Positions 1 to 11,354 of a stretch of 64,000 nt of DNA are shown here, piece after piece. The notes below the pieces were generated by a model. That model was not told the origin of the DNA and made no database searches. It worked only from the letters and a program-made list of their open reading frames with translations. Position numbers and translations under genes: made by a program. Position 1 is the first letter of the stretch. Every line of letters begins with the position of its first letter. The stretch lies in the NCBI GenBank assembly GCA_041694815.1, contig JBGFSC010000010.1:77922-141921 (forward strand), written 5' to 3'. This DNA comes from Elusimicrobiota bacterium (GTDB taxonomy: Bacteria; Elusimicrobiota; Elusimicrobia; UBA1565; JACRDR01).

Positions 1-1034
1 ACCTGCGCCCTCGCGGTGTCTAGGCGCTCGATCACCCCCCGGAGGTTATTGTAGGTCGTCTCGGGCGCGCTGATGACCAGGGCGTTAGAGGACTCGTCGA
101 ACTGCACAAGCGCCTCTTCCGCGGTCGGGGCCCCCGCCGAACCGGAGGCCTTGCCGTTGATAAGGCCGCGGAGTATCTCGGCCATCCTCTTGGCCTCCGC
201 GTTCCTCAGATAGACGACGCGCGCCTGCTGGGTCGAATTGGCGGGGACGTCGAGCTTGGCGATGAGCGAACGCAGACTCTCGAGCTGCGCCGGATTGGGC
301 GCCCGGGCCAGGATACTGTTGCTGCGGGCGTCCGCGACGGCGGTGAAGCGCCGCTCCGTGGAATCGCGGCCCTCCGACAGCTTGCCCAAGAGCTGCGCGA
401 CGTCGAGGGCCGAGGCGTTCCTAATCGGAATGACCGCCACCTGCCCGTCGTCGCGCCGATCGAGGTCCTCGATGACGCGTAGGAGCGAGCGGATATTCGA
501 GGCGGTGGCCGTGAGGATCAGCGTATTGGCCGGAGCGTACACCGAGACCTGCGCCTCGGGCTCGAGCAGGGGTTTGAGCAGCGCGGCGATCTGCGAGGCT
601 GCGGCGTGCTCCACCGGCACGATCTGGGTGATCCAGCGGTGCCCCTCCCCGGGACCGCGCCCTTCGACAACCCTGGCCCGCTGCTTCGCCTCGCCCTCCC
701 GAACGATCCGGATGACCCCGCCAGGACTGCGCACCGCGGCGAAGCCCGCGCTCTGCAAGGCCGCCAAGAAGATCTGGTAGGCGTCGCCGCGGGAAACGGG
801 CTTCGAGGAGATGATGGTGATCTTGCCCTGCGCCTTGGGGTCCAATAGGAAATTGTAGCCGGTGATCTGCGACATCGCCTTCACCACGGCCTGCAGGTCG
901 GTCTCATGGAAATTCAACAGCATCTGCTGGGATGCATGCGCCGCCGGCGAGGAAATCTGCGGCGGCTCCTGGCCTAGGCCGACGATGGGGCTCAAGGAGC
1001 CCGCGCCGGCCAAAAGCCAGCCGGCCCTATTCAA
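1..1034 (-). CDS. gspD: Type II secretion secretin GspD, N-terminal part (runs off the left edge)
   Basis: My translation of the minus strand from TTG at 1034 reads LLNFHETDLQAVVKAMSQITGYNFLLDPKAQGKITIIS...ITQIVPVEHAAASQIAALLKPLL...VYAPANTLILT, typical of secretin N0/N1 domains. It follows gspC. Not in the ORF track because it has no stop in the window. Confidence 0.9.
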   Translation of the reverse strand, partial: MNRAGWLLAGAGSLSPIVGLGQEPPQISSPAAHASQQMLLNFHETDLQAVVKAMSQITGYNFLLDPKAQGKITIISSKPVSRGDAYQIFLAALQSAGFAAVRSPGGVIRIVREGEAKQRARVVEGRGPGEGHRWITQIVPVEHAAASQIAALLKPLLEPEAQVSVYAPANTLILTATASNIRSLLRVIEDLDRRDDGQVAVIPIRNASALDVAQLLGKLSEGRDSTERRFTAVADARSNSILARAPNPAQLESLRSLIAKLDVPANSTQQARVVYLRNAEAKRMAEILRGLINGKASGSAGAPTAEEALVQFDESSNALVISAPETTYNNLRGVIERLDTARAQ

Positions 1035-1887
1035 GACGATAATACCGATGCTCGATCTTGCCTTCACGGCTTACCTCGAGCTCAAGCCTCGTCGAAGAGC
1101 TGAGACTTCGATGGGCTCCCGCCAAATCGTCCGCGGAACTCAAGGCCCTGCCGTTGACGGCGCGGATCACCTCGCCCGGTCGCAGTCCCATGGCGCTCAG
1201 AAATCCCGTGGGCGGCAACTCGCGAATCAAGAGGCCGCCGTTCGGCAGCGGGACGACCTTGAGGCCATCGAATAAGTCCGCCGCCTGCCATCCCGACTCC
1301 AACAGGCGCCGCGGCACCGCGTATCGGTTGCCATCGAGGCGTCGAACTGCGCCCGAGGCCGAGGATTCGCGCGGCGCGAAGGCGACCGCCTGCACCAACC
1401 CCTCCGCTTGCCGGCTTCCCGCCAACAAAAGGCTCTCGGAGCCTTGCCCCCGGCGCAGCAAGACCCGGTCCTTGAACACCGCCTCCAGCACGACACCGGG
1501 CGCCACGCTCTCTCCGATCCGGAAGGCCTCCTGAGGCCGGCCCTCCCGGCTGATGAGGGCGACGCTCTCGGCCCCGGCTTCCATAACGCCCGCCAAAGCC
1601 AGGTTCAGGCCGCTCGGCGGGGCCAGCGCCGCCTCAGCGATGCTGGCCCCGCCCCCGAAGGGATTGGCCGACAAGACCGTATCGAGCAGCATCTGTGGCT
1701 CCTCCGCCTTCTCCATGTAGAGGCGCAACATCGGCTCGCTTTCGAGATTACACAGCCTCCAAGTCCAACGCGCCATTGAATCCGCGGCCAGAAGAACGCT
1801 CAAGCCCATCACGCCACGGCGCACCCAAGGCTTGGAGAGCCACGCGGCGATATCTGCTTGGAGCGCCGCAGGCACGGAGCGCCTCAC
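1027..1887 (-). CDS. gspC: Type II secretion protein C (HR domain plus PDZ)
   Basis: N-terminal TM segment, HR-domain motif LAGVM...AFRIGESVAPGVVLEAVFKDRVLL, C-terminal PDZ (GLRPGEVIRAVNG); directly upstream of gspD. Confidence 0.8.
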   Translation of the reverse strand: MRRSVPAALQADIAAWLSKPWVRRGVMGLSVLLAADSMARWTWRLCNLESEPMLRLYMEKAEEPQMLLDTVLSANPFGGGASIAEAALAPPSGLNLALAGVMEAGAESVALISREGRPQEAFRIGESVAPGVVLEAVFKDRVLLRRGQGSESLLLAGSRQAEGLVQAVAFAPRESSASGAVRRLDGNRYAVPRRLLESGWQAADLFDGLKVVPLPNGGLLIRELPPTGFLSAMGLRPGEVIRAVNGRALSSADDLAGAHRSLSSSTRLELEVSREGKIEHRYYRLE

Positions 1888-2198
1888 GCTCCCGTCAGCG
1901 GCTCAGGCTCGGTGTCTTCCGGAGTCTCGGGCGTGTAGCCCGATATGTCCACCGGTTCCTCGTTCTCCGGCGAGGTGGCGGCCAATGTCTTGACCGCCTG
2001 GGTGAAGCTCCCGCTCGGGGGCGGTTGCTGCGGCTGGGGATTGGGCCCCGGGTTGGGAGTGGGGCTCGGATTCGAACCCGGCTGCTGGCTTTGCGGGGCC
2101 GTGCTGGCCGTGGGCCCCGAGCCTCCACCGCCTCCGCCGCAGGCTGACAGCAGCAGCGCCGCCGAGACGCCGCCCAGCATCATCCATGATCGATTCAT
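1884..2198 (-). CDS. Small Pro-rich lipoprotein
   Basis: Lipobox LSAC, Gly/Pro-rich linker, acidic C-terminus (EPVDIS...EPEPL); overlaps the gspC start (GTGA). Confidence 0.8.
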   Translation of the reverse strand: MNRSWMMLGGVSAALLLSACGGGGGGSGPTASTAPQSQQPGSNPSPTPNPGPNPQPQQPPPSGSFTQAVKTLAATSPENEEPVDISGYTPETPEDTEPEPLTGA

Positions 2199-2215
2199 AG
2201 CATCCTCCCCGACAA

Positions 2216-3715
2216 TTACGGAGCTCCATGCGCCGGCGTCGGCATGTACGGAAAGCCGGGCAGGATGAAGCCATCGTTGACGGTCGCCCCGTCGCTCAAA
2301 GGCAGGCTTCCATTGGGCGCCTGTCCGGACGGAAGCAGGGCTCCCACCGCGAGGCGCAGGCCGACGTCGACGACATCGTCTCCGGGCCGGCGACCGTTGG
2401 GAAAGCCCGCGGGATCGCAGCCTTGCTTGCTCGCGTTGAACGTGGGGCCCGGATCGAAGCAGTTGAGCGCCCCCAGATTATTCTGCGCCCCCCGCAGCGT
2501 CGGCGTGATGGAAGTATTGAGCCGCAGCATCTCGCAGGAGGAGCCGTTCTCATTGAGCCCGGGCAGGCCCGTCAGGAAGGCCTGGAGAAGATCGTTGCGC
2601 GGGACGGCCGGAGCGGCATAGCCGAACTGCTGCTCGATCAACGCCGGCAATACCGGGTGCGTGATGTAGTCGAGGAAGGCGGCATCGTTGATGGGTTTGG
2701 ACGCGTTGTAGGCGTCCTTGTCCTTGAAGCCGATAAAGAGGTCGTTGGTCAGCGGCATCCCCACCCGCGACACCTGGGTCCAGGCCCCTCCCTCCCGGGC
2801 CGGCTGATCGAAGGTGGGCGACGGGTTGAGGAGGCGGCCTTGACGCAGGCTCGCCGTGGTCCACGCCCCGAGCACGGTGCCGCTGGAAGGCAGCGAAGAG
2901 GAGTCGGTGGCCAGCAAGCAGGCGATCGGCAGCTCCAAGGCCAAGGTCGTCACGTTCTTGCCGCGGTTCTGGCTGATGCCGCCGCTGGCCGGCCCGACGA
3001 GGCTGTTGGAGGAATTCAACAGGTCGTAGATGGCGCCGACGTACATGTCGGCGCGCTCATGCCTCTGGCCCGCAAAGGCGCGCCCGATGATCGGGCAACC
3101 GGGAATGTTAATGTTATAGACGAAGTTATTGGAATAGTCCCGGTACGTCGTGCCGATCCCGAGGCTCTTGAACCCGACATAATCGAGGGGCTTTCGGAAC
3201 ATGCTCGATCCCGTTCCGGCGTCGCTGATATCGCCTCCCGTACCGCCGCGCCGGTCTCCACGAATGACCCGGAGGGTGAAGCTCTCCTCGAGATTAAGCT
3301 TGCTCTCGTCGATTACGGTCACGGGCCCCAGGTTGAGCCAGGGGGAGGAAATCTCCTTACCCCCGATGTTCATTGTGAGGTTCTTGAGCTGATTCTTGAA
3401 ACGAAATTGGAAGGTCAAGTCCTCCTTGCAGTCCCCGTTATTGTCCACGTGGATCTCGTAGAGGGCATTGGGATCCATGAAGAAGTAGCTGGGCCCCGAA
3501 TACGCGTCCTGGAAGGGCTGGTAGTTGGCCACCGCCGTCACGAAATTGCCCCGCCCGGGCTGATAGCTCCTGAAAAAATAAAAGTCGGAGCCGTCCACCT
3601 TCGGGTGCTCCGATATGAACGGCGCCTCGCGGTAACCCGCGCCCAGCGCCGCCCGGGGGCCGAACGCGACCCAAGCCCAACACAGCATGCTAAGTACGAT
3701 GCCGAATGTTCTCAT
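2216..3715 (-). CDS. DUF4331 family secreted protein
   Basis: Signal peptide, xx[29 protein letters not shown] and [14 protein letters not shown] motifs; AGGAGG RBS. Confidence 0.85.
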   Translation of the reverse strand: MRTFGIVLSMLCWAWVAFGPRAALGAGYREAPFISEHPKVDGSDFYFFRSYQPGRGNFVTAVANYQPFQDAYSGPSYFFMDPNALYEIHVDNNGDCKEDLTFQFRFKNQLKNLTMNIGGKEISSPWLNLGPVTVIDESKLNLEESFTLRVIRGDRRGGTGGDISDAGTGSSMFRKPLDYVGFKSLGIGTTYRDYSNNFVYNINIPGCPIIGRAFAGQRHERADMYVGAIYDLLNSSNSLVGPASGGISQNRGKNVTTLALELPIACLLATDSSSLPSSGTVLGAWTTASLRQGRLLNPSPTFDQPAREGGAWTQVSRVGMPLTNDLFIGFKDKDAYNASKPINDAAFLDYITHPVLPALIEQQFGYAAPAVPRNDLLQAFLTGLPGLNENGSSCEMLRLNTSITPTLRGAQNNLGALNCFDPGPTFNASKQGCDPAGFPNGRRPGDDVVDVGLRLAVGALLPSGQAPNGSLPLSDGATVNDGFILPGFPYMPTPAHGAP

Positions 3716-3900
3716 TCCCGCCTCCTGAACGGCTCAAACTTATACGGACCGCGGCCATTATAGGCGCCGCGCCGCGCCGCGCCCATATAGGCCTTGTCAG
3801 TTTTTTTTATCCGCGCATTGAAACTCCGATCACCCCGCAGCCACCATTCCGTTACGGCCGCGTCCTAGTAGTCCATACGCCTTCCTCGTATACTAGGGTG

Positions 3901-5031
3901 GTGAAACCGCATTGGATCATCGGCAGGGCGCTCGGAGTCGAGATCGGGATACATCCCAGCTGGCTGGTCTTGGCCGCGCTCGTGGTGCTCTCGCTGGTGG
4001 ACACCTTCCTGGTCAACGCGCCGAATTGGAGCCTGGCGATGGTCTGGTCGATTGCCTCGGCCACCGCGGCGCTCTTCTTCGCATCGCTGATCCTTCACGA
4101 ACTGGCCCATGCGGCGGTGGCCAAGGCACGCGGGCTGCAGGTCCGCTCGATCACCCTCTTCGCCCTGGGGGGCGTCGCGCAGATCGCCCAGGAGAGCGCC
4201 GACGCCAGGACCGAATTTTGGATGGGCATCGTCGGCCCTCTGACAAGCGCCTTGATTGGCCTCTCCTGCCTCGCCCTCGCGCAATGGCTGGCGGTCCCGG
4301 CGGCGGAGGCGGGACCGCAGCCCGCCGCCGTGCTTCTGGCATGGCTCGGGGCGATCAACGCCGGCCTGGCCGTCTTCAATATGATTCCGGGCTTTCCGCT
4401 CGACGGCGGGCGGGTGATGCGCGCGGCCGTCTGGAGCGCCACCGGAGACCGCTCGCGGGCCACGCGCTGGTCGGCGCGCAGCGGCCAAGCCTTCGCCCTG
4501 GGCTTCATCCTTTTCGGCCTCGTCCGATTCTTCCAGGGCGCCGGGCTCTCGGGACTTTGGCTCGCTTTCATCGGCTACTTCCTGCTGGAGGCGGCCACGG
4601 CCAGCCTCGCCCAGGTAGCGCTCTCGGAGGCCCTCAGCAGCGTCAAGGTGGCCGACATCATGTCGAAGAGCTACCCCATGGTAGCGGGCGAGGAGGATCT
4701 CGAGACCTTCGTCGGCCAAGAGCTCATGCGCTCGGGCCGGCGCTGCTTCATCGTGGAGGAGCGCGGCCGCGTCGCCGGGCTGATCACGCCGCAGGAGGTC
4801 AGACGCGTGGACCCCTCCCAATGGTCCAGTACCCCGGTCGATCGGGCCATGCGCCCCTTCAGCGAGCTGCAGACCGTGCACCCGGAAACCCCCGTTTCCA
4901 CGGCCCTTGAGCTCATGGGCCGCGAGGACGTCAACCAATTGCCCGTCGTCGACGACGGGCATCTGCGCGGGCTCGTTTCCCGCAGCGAGATCATCGGCTT
5001 GCTGCAGACGAGAAGCGAAGTGCAGGTCTAG
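3901..5031 (+). CDS. Site-2 (M50) intramembrane metalloprotease with tandem CBS domains
   Basis: HELAH zinc motif, [13 protein letters not shown], two C-terminal CBS domains. Start moved to GTG 3901, 6 nt after a TATACT hexamer. Confidence 0.92.
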   Translation: MKPHWIIGRALGVEIGIHPSWLVLAALVVLSLVDTFLVNAPNWSLAMVWSIASATAALFFASLILHELAHAAVAKARGLQVRSITLFALGGVAQIAQESADARTEFWMGIVGPLTSALIGLSCLALAQWLAVPAAEAGPQPAAVLLAWLGAINAGLAVFNMIPGFPLDGGRVMRAAVWSATGDRSRATRWSARSGQAFALGFILFGLVRFFQGAGLSGLWLAFIGYFLLEAATASLAQVALSEALSSVKVADIMSKSYPMVAGEEDLETFVGQELMRSGRRCFIVEERGRVAGLITPQEVRRVDPSQWSSTPVDRAMRPFSELQTVHPETPVSTALELMGREDVNQLPVVDDGHLRGLVSRSEIIGLLQTRSEVQV

Positions 5032-5038
5032 GAGCACT

Positions 5039-6313
5039 GTGCTCGACTGCATCATCGTCGGAGCCGGAGCGGCGGGCCTGGCCGCGGCCGAGAGGCTTTG
5101 CCGCTCGGGGCTGTCCCTTCTGGTCCTAGAGGCTCGAGCTCGCATCGGGGGACGCGTCCATACCGTGTTCCCTTCGCCGTCGCCCCCGGTCGAGCTGGGC
5201 GCCGAATTCATACATGGCAAGCCGGATGAGATATGGCGCTCGGCGTTCTCGCTGAAGATCTGCGACGTCCCGGATACTCACTTCCTTAGTAAGGCCGGTC
5301 GGATGCTGCCCGTCGCCGATTTCTGGCAGCGCCTGGAAACGGTCACGCGGCGCCTGCGCCGAGGCGGCCGGGACCGCTCCTTCGACGATTTCCTTAAAAC
5401 ACTGCCGCGCCGCCTTCAAGGCGCCGGGCTTAAGGCGCGCGCCTTCGTGCAGAGCTTCCACGCCGCCGACTGCGCTCGCATCGGCGAGCATGGCCTGGCC
5501 GCGCTCGCGAAGGCCTCCAAGCGCTACCATGAGGAGAAGACCTTCCGCCCCCTCGACGGCTACGGCAAGCTGATGGAGAGGTTTTGGCGCTCGAGCGGAT
5601 TGCCAGCCGAAAGGCTGCTGCGGGGCGTCGCCGTCACGGAGATACGGTGGGGGCCGCGGGAGGTCCGCGTCCGCGCGAGGAGGCGCCGGGGCGCGGTGGA
5701 ATTCAAGGCACGCCGGGTCCTGCTTACCCTGCCTGTCGGAACGCTTAGGTCGGGCTCGCCGCGATTTATCCCGGAAATCGAATCCAAACGGGCGGCCCTC
5801 GAAGGCCTTGAGATGGGCCAGGTGGTCAAGCTTATCCTACGTTTTCGGGAGGCCTTTTGGGAGAAATCCGCTCCCGACGCCGCCTTCTTCCATGCGGCGG
5901 ACGGGCCCTTCCCCGTGTTCTGGACCGCCCTGCCGCTGCGCGCGCCGCTTCTGACCGCCTGGGCCGGGGGGCCGCCGGCGGCCCGCCTGAGCGCGCTCGG
6001 TGAAAGCGGGATATTGGAGGCGGCGGTCGAGTCCGTTTCCAAGCTCTTTCGAATCTCCAGGCGGCGCGCCAGGGGAGAGCTGCTTTCCTGGCATTTCCAC
6101 GACTGGAACAGGGATCCTTTCTCGCTAGGCGCCTATAGCTACGCCGCCGCCGGAGGAGCCTCGGCGCATCGGCGGCTCGCCCGGCCGCTGGGGCCGCTGT
6201 TTTTCGCCGGCGAGGCGACGAATTACGACGGGCAGAACGCCACGGTCAGCGGGGCGATCGCCAGCGGGCGCCGCGCGGCCTTAGAAATAATTCGAGCCGC
6301 GCGAAAAAGATAA
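5039..6313 (+). CDS. Flavin monoamine oxidase family protein
   Basis: GAGAAG dinucleotide fold, EARARIGGR, ELGAEFIHG, FFAGEAT; GTG start after AGGAG. Confidence 0.9.
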   Translation: MLDCIIVGAGAAGLAAAERLCRSGLSLLVLEARARIGGRVHTVFPSPSPPVELGAEFIHGKPDEIWRSAFSLKICDVPDTHFLSKAGRMLPVADFWQRLETVTRRLRRGGRDRSFDDFLKTLPRRLQGAGLKARAFVQSFHAADCARIGEHGLAALAKASKRYHEEKTFRPLDGYGKLMERFWRSSGLPAERLLRGVAVTEIRWGPREVRVRARRRRGAVEFKARRVLLTLPVGTLRSGSPRFIPEIESKRAALEGLEMGQVVKLILRFREAFWEKSAPDAAFFHAADGPFPVFWTALPLRAPLLTAWAGGPPAARLSALGESGILEAAVESVSKLFRISRRRARGELLSWHFHDWNRDPFSLGAYSYAAAGGASAHRRLARPLGPLFFAGEATNYDGQNATVSGAIASGRRAALEIIRAARKR

Positions 6314-6324
6314 TCGGTCTTAGA

Positions 6325-6594
6325 TTAACGATAGATGTCGCGCCGGTTACCGACCCGCAAAACGAGAACAAGCAACTCCCGGTCCTCGATGCGCGCGATG
6401 ATGCGGAAGTCACCCACCCGATACTTCCAGAATTCGCCCAATTTCGAGCCCTTGAGGACCTCGCCGATGCTGCGGGGATTCTTGGATGGAGCGACGCGTT
6501 GCGAGAGAAACTTTAGAATTCGTCCTGCCGCAGGAGGGTCAAGCTTGTCGAGCTCTTTCGCCGCTCCGGAGTCGAATTCAATGCGCCAAACCAT
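6325..6594 (-). CDS. RelE/StbE family toxin
   Basis: WKYRVGDFRII...VGNRRDIYR; 89 aa; overlaps the antitoxin. Confidence 0.92.
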   Translation of the reverse strand: MVWRIEFDSGAAKELDKLDPPAAGRILKFLSQRVAPSKNPRSIGEVLKGSKLGEFWKYRVGDFRIIARIEDRELLVLVLRVGNRRDIYR

Positions 6595-6802
6595 GCCGCT
6601 TCATCACTTTTTCCAGCGGAACGGTTTTCCTGCGCCCCGTGCGGATCGCGACGAGGCGTTTTTCGGCAAGGTATATGTCTTCGAGTTCTGCGAGATGCTC
6701 CAAAATGGCCTCTCGAACATAAAAACTTTTGGTTCGGCCGGTAGATTTCGAGAGCAGATCGAGCCTGGCTTCGATTGAGGGCGGGAGCCTAATGGCAAGC
6801 AT
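6578..6802 (-). CDS. RelB-like ribbon-helix-helix antitoxin
   Basis: MLAIRLPPSIEARL...TGRTKSFYVREAI; GGAGG RBS before ATG 6802. Confidence 0.88.
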   Translation of the reverse strand: MLAIRLPPSIEARLDLLSKSTGRTKSFYVREAILEHLAELEDIYLAEKRLVAIRTGRRKTVPLEKVMKRHGLAH

Positions 6803-6816
6803 GTCTTGCCTCCACG

Positions 6817-6834
6817 TGCTATACAAGTATAGCA
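6817..6834. promoter_or_regulatory. Inverted-repeat operator of the relBE-like module
   Basis: TGCTATAC-AA-GTATAGCA overlapping a TATACT -10 upstream of the antitoxin. Confidence 0.7.
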
Positions 6835-6868
6835 TAAGGAGCGTCGCTTTACAATGACGAGAAGAGAA

Positions 6869-6940
6869 AGCCGAGGATGGGAGTCGAACCCACAACCTAT
6901 CGCTTACGAAGCGATTGCTCTGCCATTGAGCTACCTCGGC
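6869..6940 (-). tRNA. tRNA-Thr(CGT)
   Basis: Reverse complement GCCGAGGTAGCTCAATGGCAGAGC-ATCGC-TTCGTAA-GCGAT...GGGTTCGACTCCC-ATCCTCGGCT folds as a cloverleaf; CCA not encoded. Confidence 0.95.
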
Positions 6941-7001
6941 GTTGCGCTTAGTTTACAATACTTTTTCGAGGAGATGAACTTAAGGCATCTCTTCGTTTTA
7001 T

Positions 7002-7211
7002 TTAAGTCCACTGAAAACGAAATTTTTTATGATGTTCAGCACAGTCTCTTAGATAGAGATTCATTAGGCTTTGGTAAGGCATCCCTGTCGCTCCTGCGAC
7101 CTGCTTGAAGTATTCGATAGTCTTTTCATCCAAGCGAATCGTAATCTGCCGTTTGAACGCCTTGGCATACGGGTTGCGCTTGGACTTCGAGAAGTCGTAG
7201 CTTTTTCTCAT
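7002..7211 (-). CDS. BrnA family antitoxin
   Basis: YDFSKSKRNPYAK...ITIRLD...YFK...GMPYQSLMNLYLRDC. Confidence 0.85.
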   Translation of the reverse strand: MRKSYDFSKSKRNPYAKAFKRQITIRLDEKTIEYFKQVAGATGMPYQSLMNLYLRDCAEHHKKFRFQWT

Positions 7212-7212
7212 A

Positions 7213-8386
<1,174 letters not shown>

Positions 8387-8420
8387 GCGATTAGCATACG
8401 GGACAGCGCTATGGAAGGGC

Positions 8421-10418
8421 TTAACGCGGCATTAAATCCTCCTTAACTTCCAAGGGGAAAGGCCTTCCGGGGCCGCCCAAGGCCTGCCGGAGTTTGCGCA
8501 GGAGCGACTCCGCGGCGACCGGCTTCTGCAGGAAGACCGCGTCGGGCCCAGGACGCCCCCCATGGCGGAGCACGACGTCATCGGTGTAGCCGGACATGAA
8601 TATGATCTTGATGCCGGGGAAAGCGGAACCGACGTACTCGGCCAACCCGCGACCGCCCACCTCCGGCATGACGATGTCGGTCAACAGGAGGTCCACGTCG
8701 ACGCCCTGGCGCTCGAGCAGGCTGATCGCCTCCTTGCCGTTGGACGCTGCCAAGACGTCGTAGCCGTGCTCGGAGAGTACCCGGGCGAGCATGCGCCGCA
8801 CCGACGCGTCGTCTTCGGCCAAAAGAATCGTTTCGGAGCCCCGGACGCTGGTGATCGAGAGATCGTCGATGGGCTGCGGCTCCGCCGGCGCCTCCGTCCT
8901 CGGAAGATAAATTTTAAACGTACTGCCGCGTCCCGGTTCGCTGGATATCTCGATATAGCCCTCGCTTTGTTTGACGATGCCGTAGAGGGTCGACAAGCCC
9001 AGGCCGGTGCCCTTCCCCCGCTCCTTCGTCGTGAAGAAGGGCTCGAAGAGATGGGAGAGCACGTCGAAGTCCATGCCACATCCCGTGTCCGAGACCGAAA
9101 TCATAACGTAGCGGCCGGGCGGCACGATGTCGTGCCTCCCCACGATCTCTTTCTCGAGCCAGACATCCCTCGTTACGATGGAGATCGTCCCGCCGTCGGG
9201 CATCGCATCACGCGCGTTGACGGCCAAATTCAGGATCACCTGCTCGATCTGCCCGCCGTCGGCCTTGACGTTGCCCAGGCCCGGCTCTAAGTCCACCGCG
9301 AGGGAGAGGTCCTCGCCGATGAGCCTGCGCAGCATCTTCTCCATCCCCGAGACGATCGCGTTGATGTTGAGCACCGTGGCCGAGAGCAATTGCCTCCGGC
9401 TGAAGGCCAGCAGCTGGCGCGTCAGCGACGCGGCGCGGCGGGAGGCGTCGATGATCTCGCGGACGTCGTTGAGGCGCGGGTCCGAGCCGGCGCTCAAGCT
9501 CACCTCCAAGATACGGCTGTAGCCCATGATCGCGGTGAGCAGGTTGTTGAAATCGTGGGCGACTCCTCCCGCCAGGCGCCCGATGGCGTCCATTTTCTGG
9601 GAGTGTTGCAGCCTCAATTCCAATTCCTTGCGCTCGGTGATGTCGGTGACCATGGCCAAGACCCCGGTATAGCGCCCCGCATGGTCGACGATCGGGCTCG
9701 TGACGACCAGGGCCCAAAGCTCGCTGCCGTCCTTGCGCCGAAAACGGAAGTCGAACTGCTCGCGCATCCCGCCGCGCCGGCGCTCCATATGCTCCACGGC
9801 GCTCTTGCGCGCGTCGTCGTCCATGAAGGCGTAGACCAGCTGCCCCTGCATCTGGCCGACGGTATACCCCAGCAGATCGGCCATCTTTTGATTGACGAAG
9901 GTGGTCTTATTCTCGGCGTCGATCATCCACACGCCTTCTTCCGCCGTCTCGATAATCCTCCGATAGCGCTCCTCGCTATCTTGCAGGGCCGCGACGGCCC
10001 GCTGCCGCTCGATGGCGTACTGGATCGAGCGGATCAGCAGGCTGGGGACGATTTCTCCCTTGAATAGGTAGTCCTGCGCGCCATCGCGTATGGCCTGGGT
10101 GACCATCCACTCGGTCCGATGGCCCGTCATGACGATGATCGGCAATTGCGGCGCGGCCGCGTGCACCTTCCGGACGGTCTCTATCCCGTCGGAGTCGGGA
10201 AGGCCCAAGTCCAACAAGACCAGATCGATGCCCCCCAACGACAGTCGTCGGAGCGCGCCGCCTAAGGACAAGACATGCTGTAGCTCGAAGCTTCCGGCGT
10301 CCGCTTTCTGAAGGTACTCCCGGATGAGCGCGGCGTTCGCCTCGCTGTCTTCGACCAGGAGCAGCCGAATCGCCTTCGCGCCGTTACGTCCATGCCCTAA
10401 AACCATATAATCCTCCAT
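8421..10418 (-). CDS. Hybrid histidine kinase REC-PAS-HisKA-HATPase-REC
   Basis: AHDFNNLL H-box, NLAVNARDAM, DTGCG, GKGTGLGL; receiver domains at both ends. Confidence 0.93.
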   Translation of the reverse strand: MEDYMVLGHGRNGAKAIRLLLVEDSEANAALIREYLQKADAGSFELQHVLSLGGALRRLSLGGIDLVLLDLGLPDSDGIETVRKVHAAAPQLPIIVMTGHRTEWMVTQAIRDGAQDYLFKGEIVPSLLIRSIQYAIERQRAVAALQDSEERYRRIIETAEEGVWMIDAENKTTFVNQKMADLLGYTVGQMQGQLVYAFMDDDARKSAVEHMERRRGGMREQFDFRFRRKDGSELWALVVTSPIVDHAGRYTGVLAMVTDITERKELELRLQHSQKMDAIGRLAGGVAHDFNNLLTAIMGYSRILEVSLSAGSDPRLNDVREIIDASRRAASLTRQLLAFSRRQLLSATVLNINAIVSGMEKMLRRLIGEDLSLAVDLEPGLGNVKADGGQIEQVILNLAVNARDAMPDGGTISIVTRDVWLEKEIVGRHDIVPPGRYVMISVSDTGCGMDFDVLSHLFEPFFTTKERGKGTGLGLSTLYGIVKQSEGYIEISSEPGRGSTFKIYLPRTEAPAEPQPIDDLSITSVRGSETILLAEDDASVRRMLARVLSEHGYDVLAASNGKEAISLLERQGVDVDLLLTDIVMPEVGGRGLAEYVGSAFPGIKIIFMSGYTDDVVLRHGGRPGPDAVFLQKPVAAESLLRKLRQALGGPGRPFPLEVKEDLMPR

Positions 10419-10528
10419 AAACTACAAAAGACAAGTACCGCACGGCGGGCGCTTACGCAAGACTCATTTGGTCACAGCCCCTTTTCTCGAGAGGGAAAAG
10501 CCTTTTTCAGGCGATCTTTACCGTGCCT

Positions 10529-11260
10529 TTACCGTGGCGGGTTGTGGGAATGAGCGAATTCCACGTTGAATCCGTAGCCCTGCCCCTTGTCGCTCATGAT
10601 GAGCTCACGCAACGGTCCGAGCTTCCCGCGTATATTGCGCACATGCGCCTTGACGGTCGCCGAGAGCGCGGGTGGCCAGGCATGGTAAAGCTTTTTATAG
10701 AGGACTTTCTTATCCACGAACCGGCCCTCGGCGCTCATGAGCAAGGCGCAGATGCCGCTTTCCAAGGGCGTTAGCCGGATAGCCTGCTCTCCGACGCTCA
10801 AGCAATGCGCGCAAACATCGAGCGCCGCCCCGCCCACCCGGATGATCCATTGGGAATTGCCTCGAAAGCGCCGCCTGCGGATGAGCCCCTGAATCCGGGC
10901 CATGAGCCTTTCGGGACCCACCGGGCGGATCAAATAATCGTCGGCGCCCAACTCGAGGCATTCCACCTCTCGCTCCAGGCGCCGGTCCGCGGTTAGAATC
11001 AGGATTGGAAGGTAAAAGGTCTTCTCCTGCTCCCTCAGCCGGCGGCACACCTCCTCGCCGGGCATTCCCGGCATCATCAGGTCCAGGATGACCAAATCGG
11101 GGAGCTCGCCGGCGGCCATACGCAACCCCCGTACCCCGCTCGGCGCCCACAGCACTCGATATTCGGACCGTCGCTCGAGAAGGGAGCGCAGCAGCTCCGC
11201 CGACTCCTCCTCGTCATCGATGACTAGTATCGTAAAGGAAAGCCCGGATGCCTCACCCAT
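10529..11260 (-). CDS. OmpR-family response regulator
   Basis: ILVIDDE, ILDLMMP, GADDYL, winged helix (LTPLE...VKAHVRNIRGKL...GQGY); start estimated. Confidence 0.85.
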   Translation of the reverse strand: MGEASGLSFTILVIDDEEESAELLRSLLERRSEYRVLWAPSGVRGLRMAAGELPDLVILDLMMPGMPGEEVCRRLREQEKTFYLPILILTADRRLEREVECLELGADDYLIRPVGPERLMARIQGLIRRRRFRGNSQWIIRVGGAALDVCAHCLSVGEQAIRLTPLESGICALLMSAEGRFVDKKVLYKKLYHAWPPALSATVKAHVRNIRGKLGPLRELIMSDKGQGYGFNVEFAHSHNPPR

Positions 11261-11354
11261 ATTATCATAATTGTAACATATATTATTATAAAAACAATGG
11301 CTGCGCCCGCGGCGGCTTGACCCGGCAGCACAAAAAAACAACAATGGCCCGATA

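Noticed and set aside
3763..3784. (GCGCC)n microrepeat between DUF4331 and the protease
   Set aside because: Only about four units in high-GC DNA; no evidence of function
1..6868. Genomic island integrated at the tRNA-Thr 3' end
   Set aside because: No integrase, no att duplication and no clear compositional shift in the genes visible in the window
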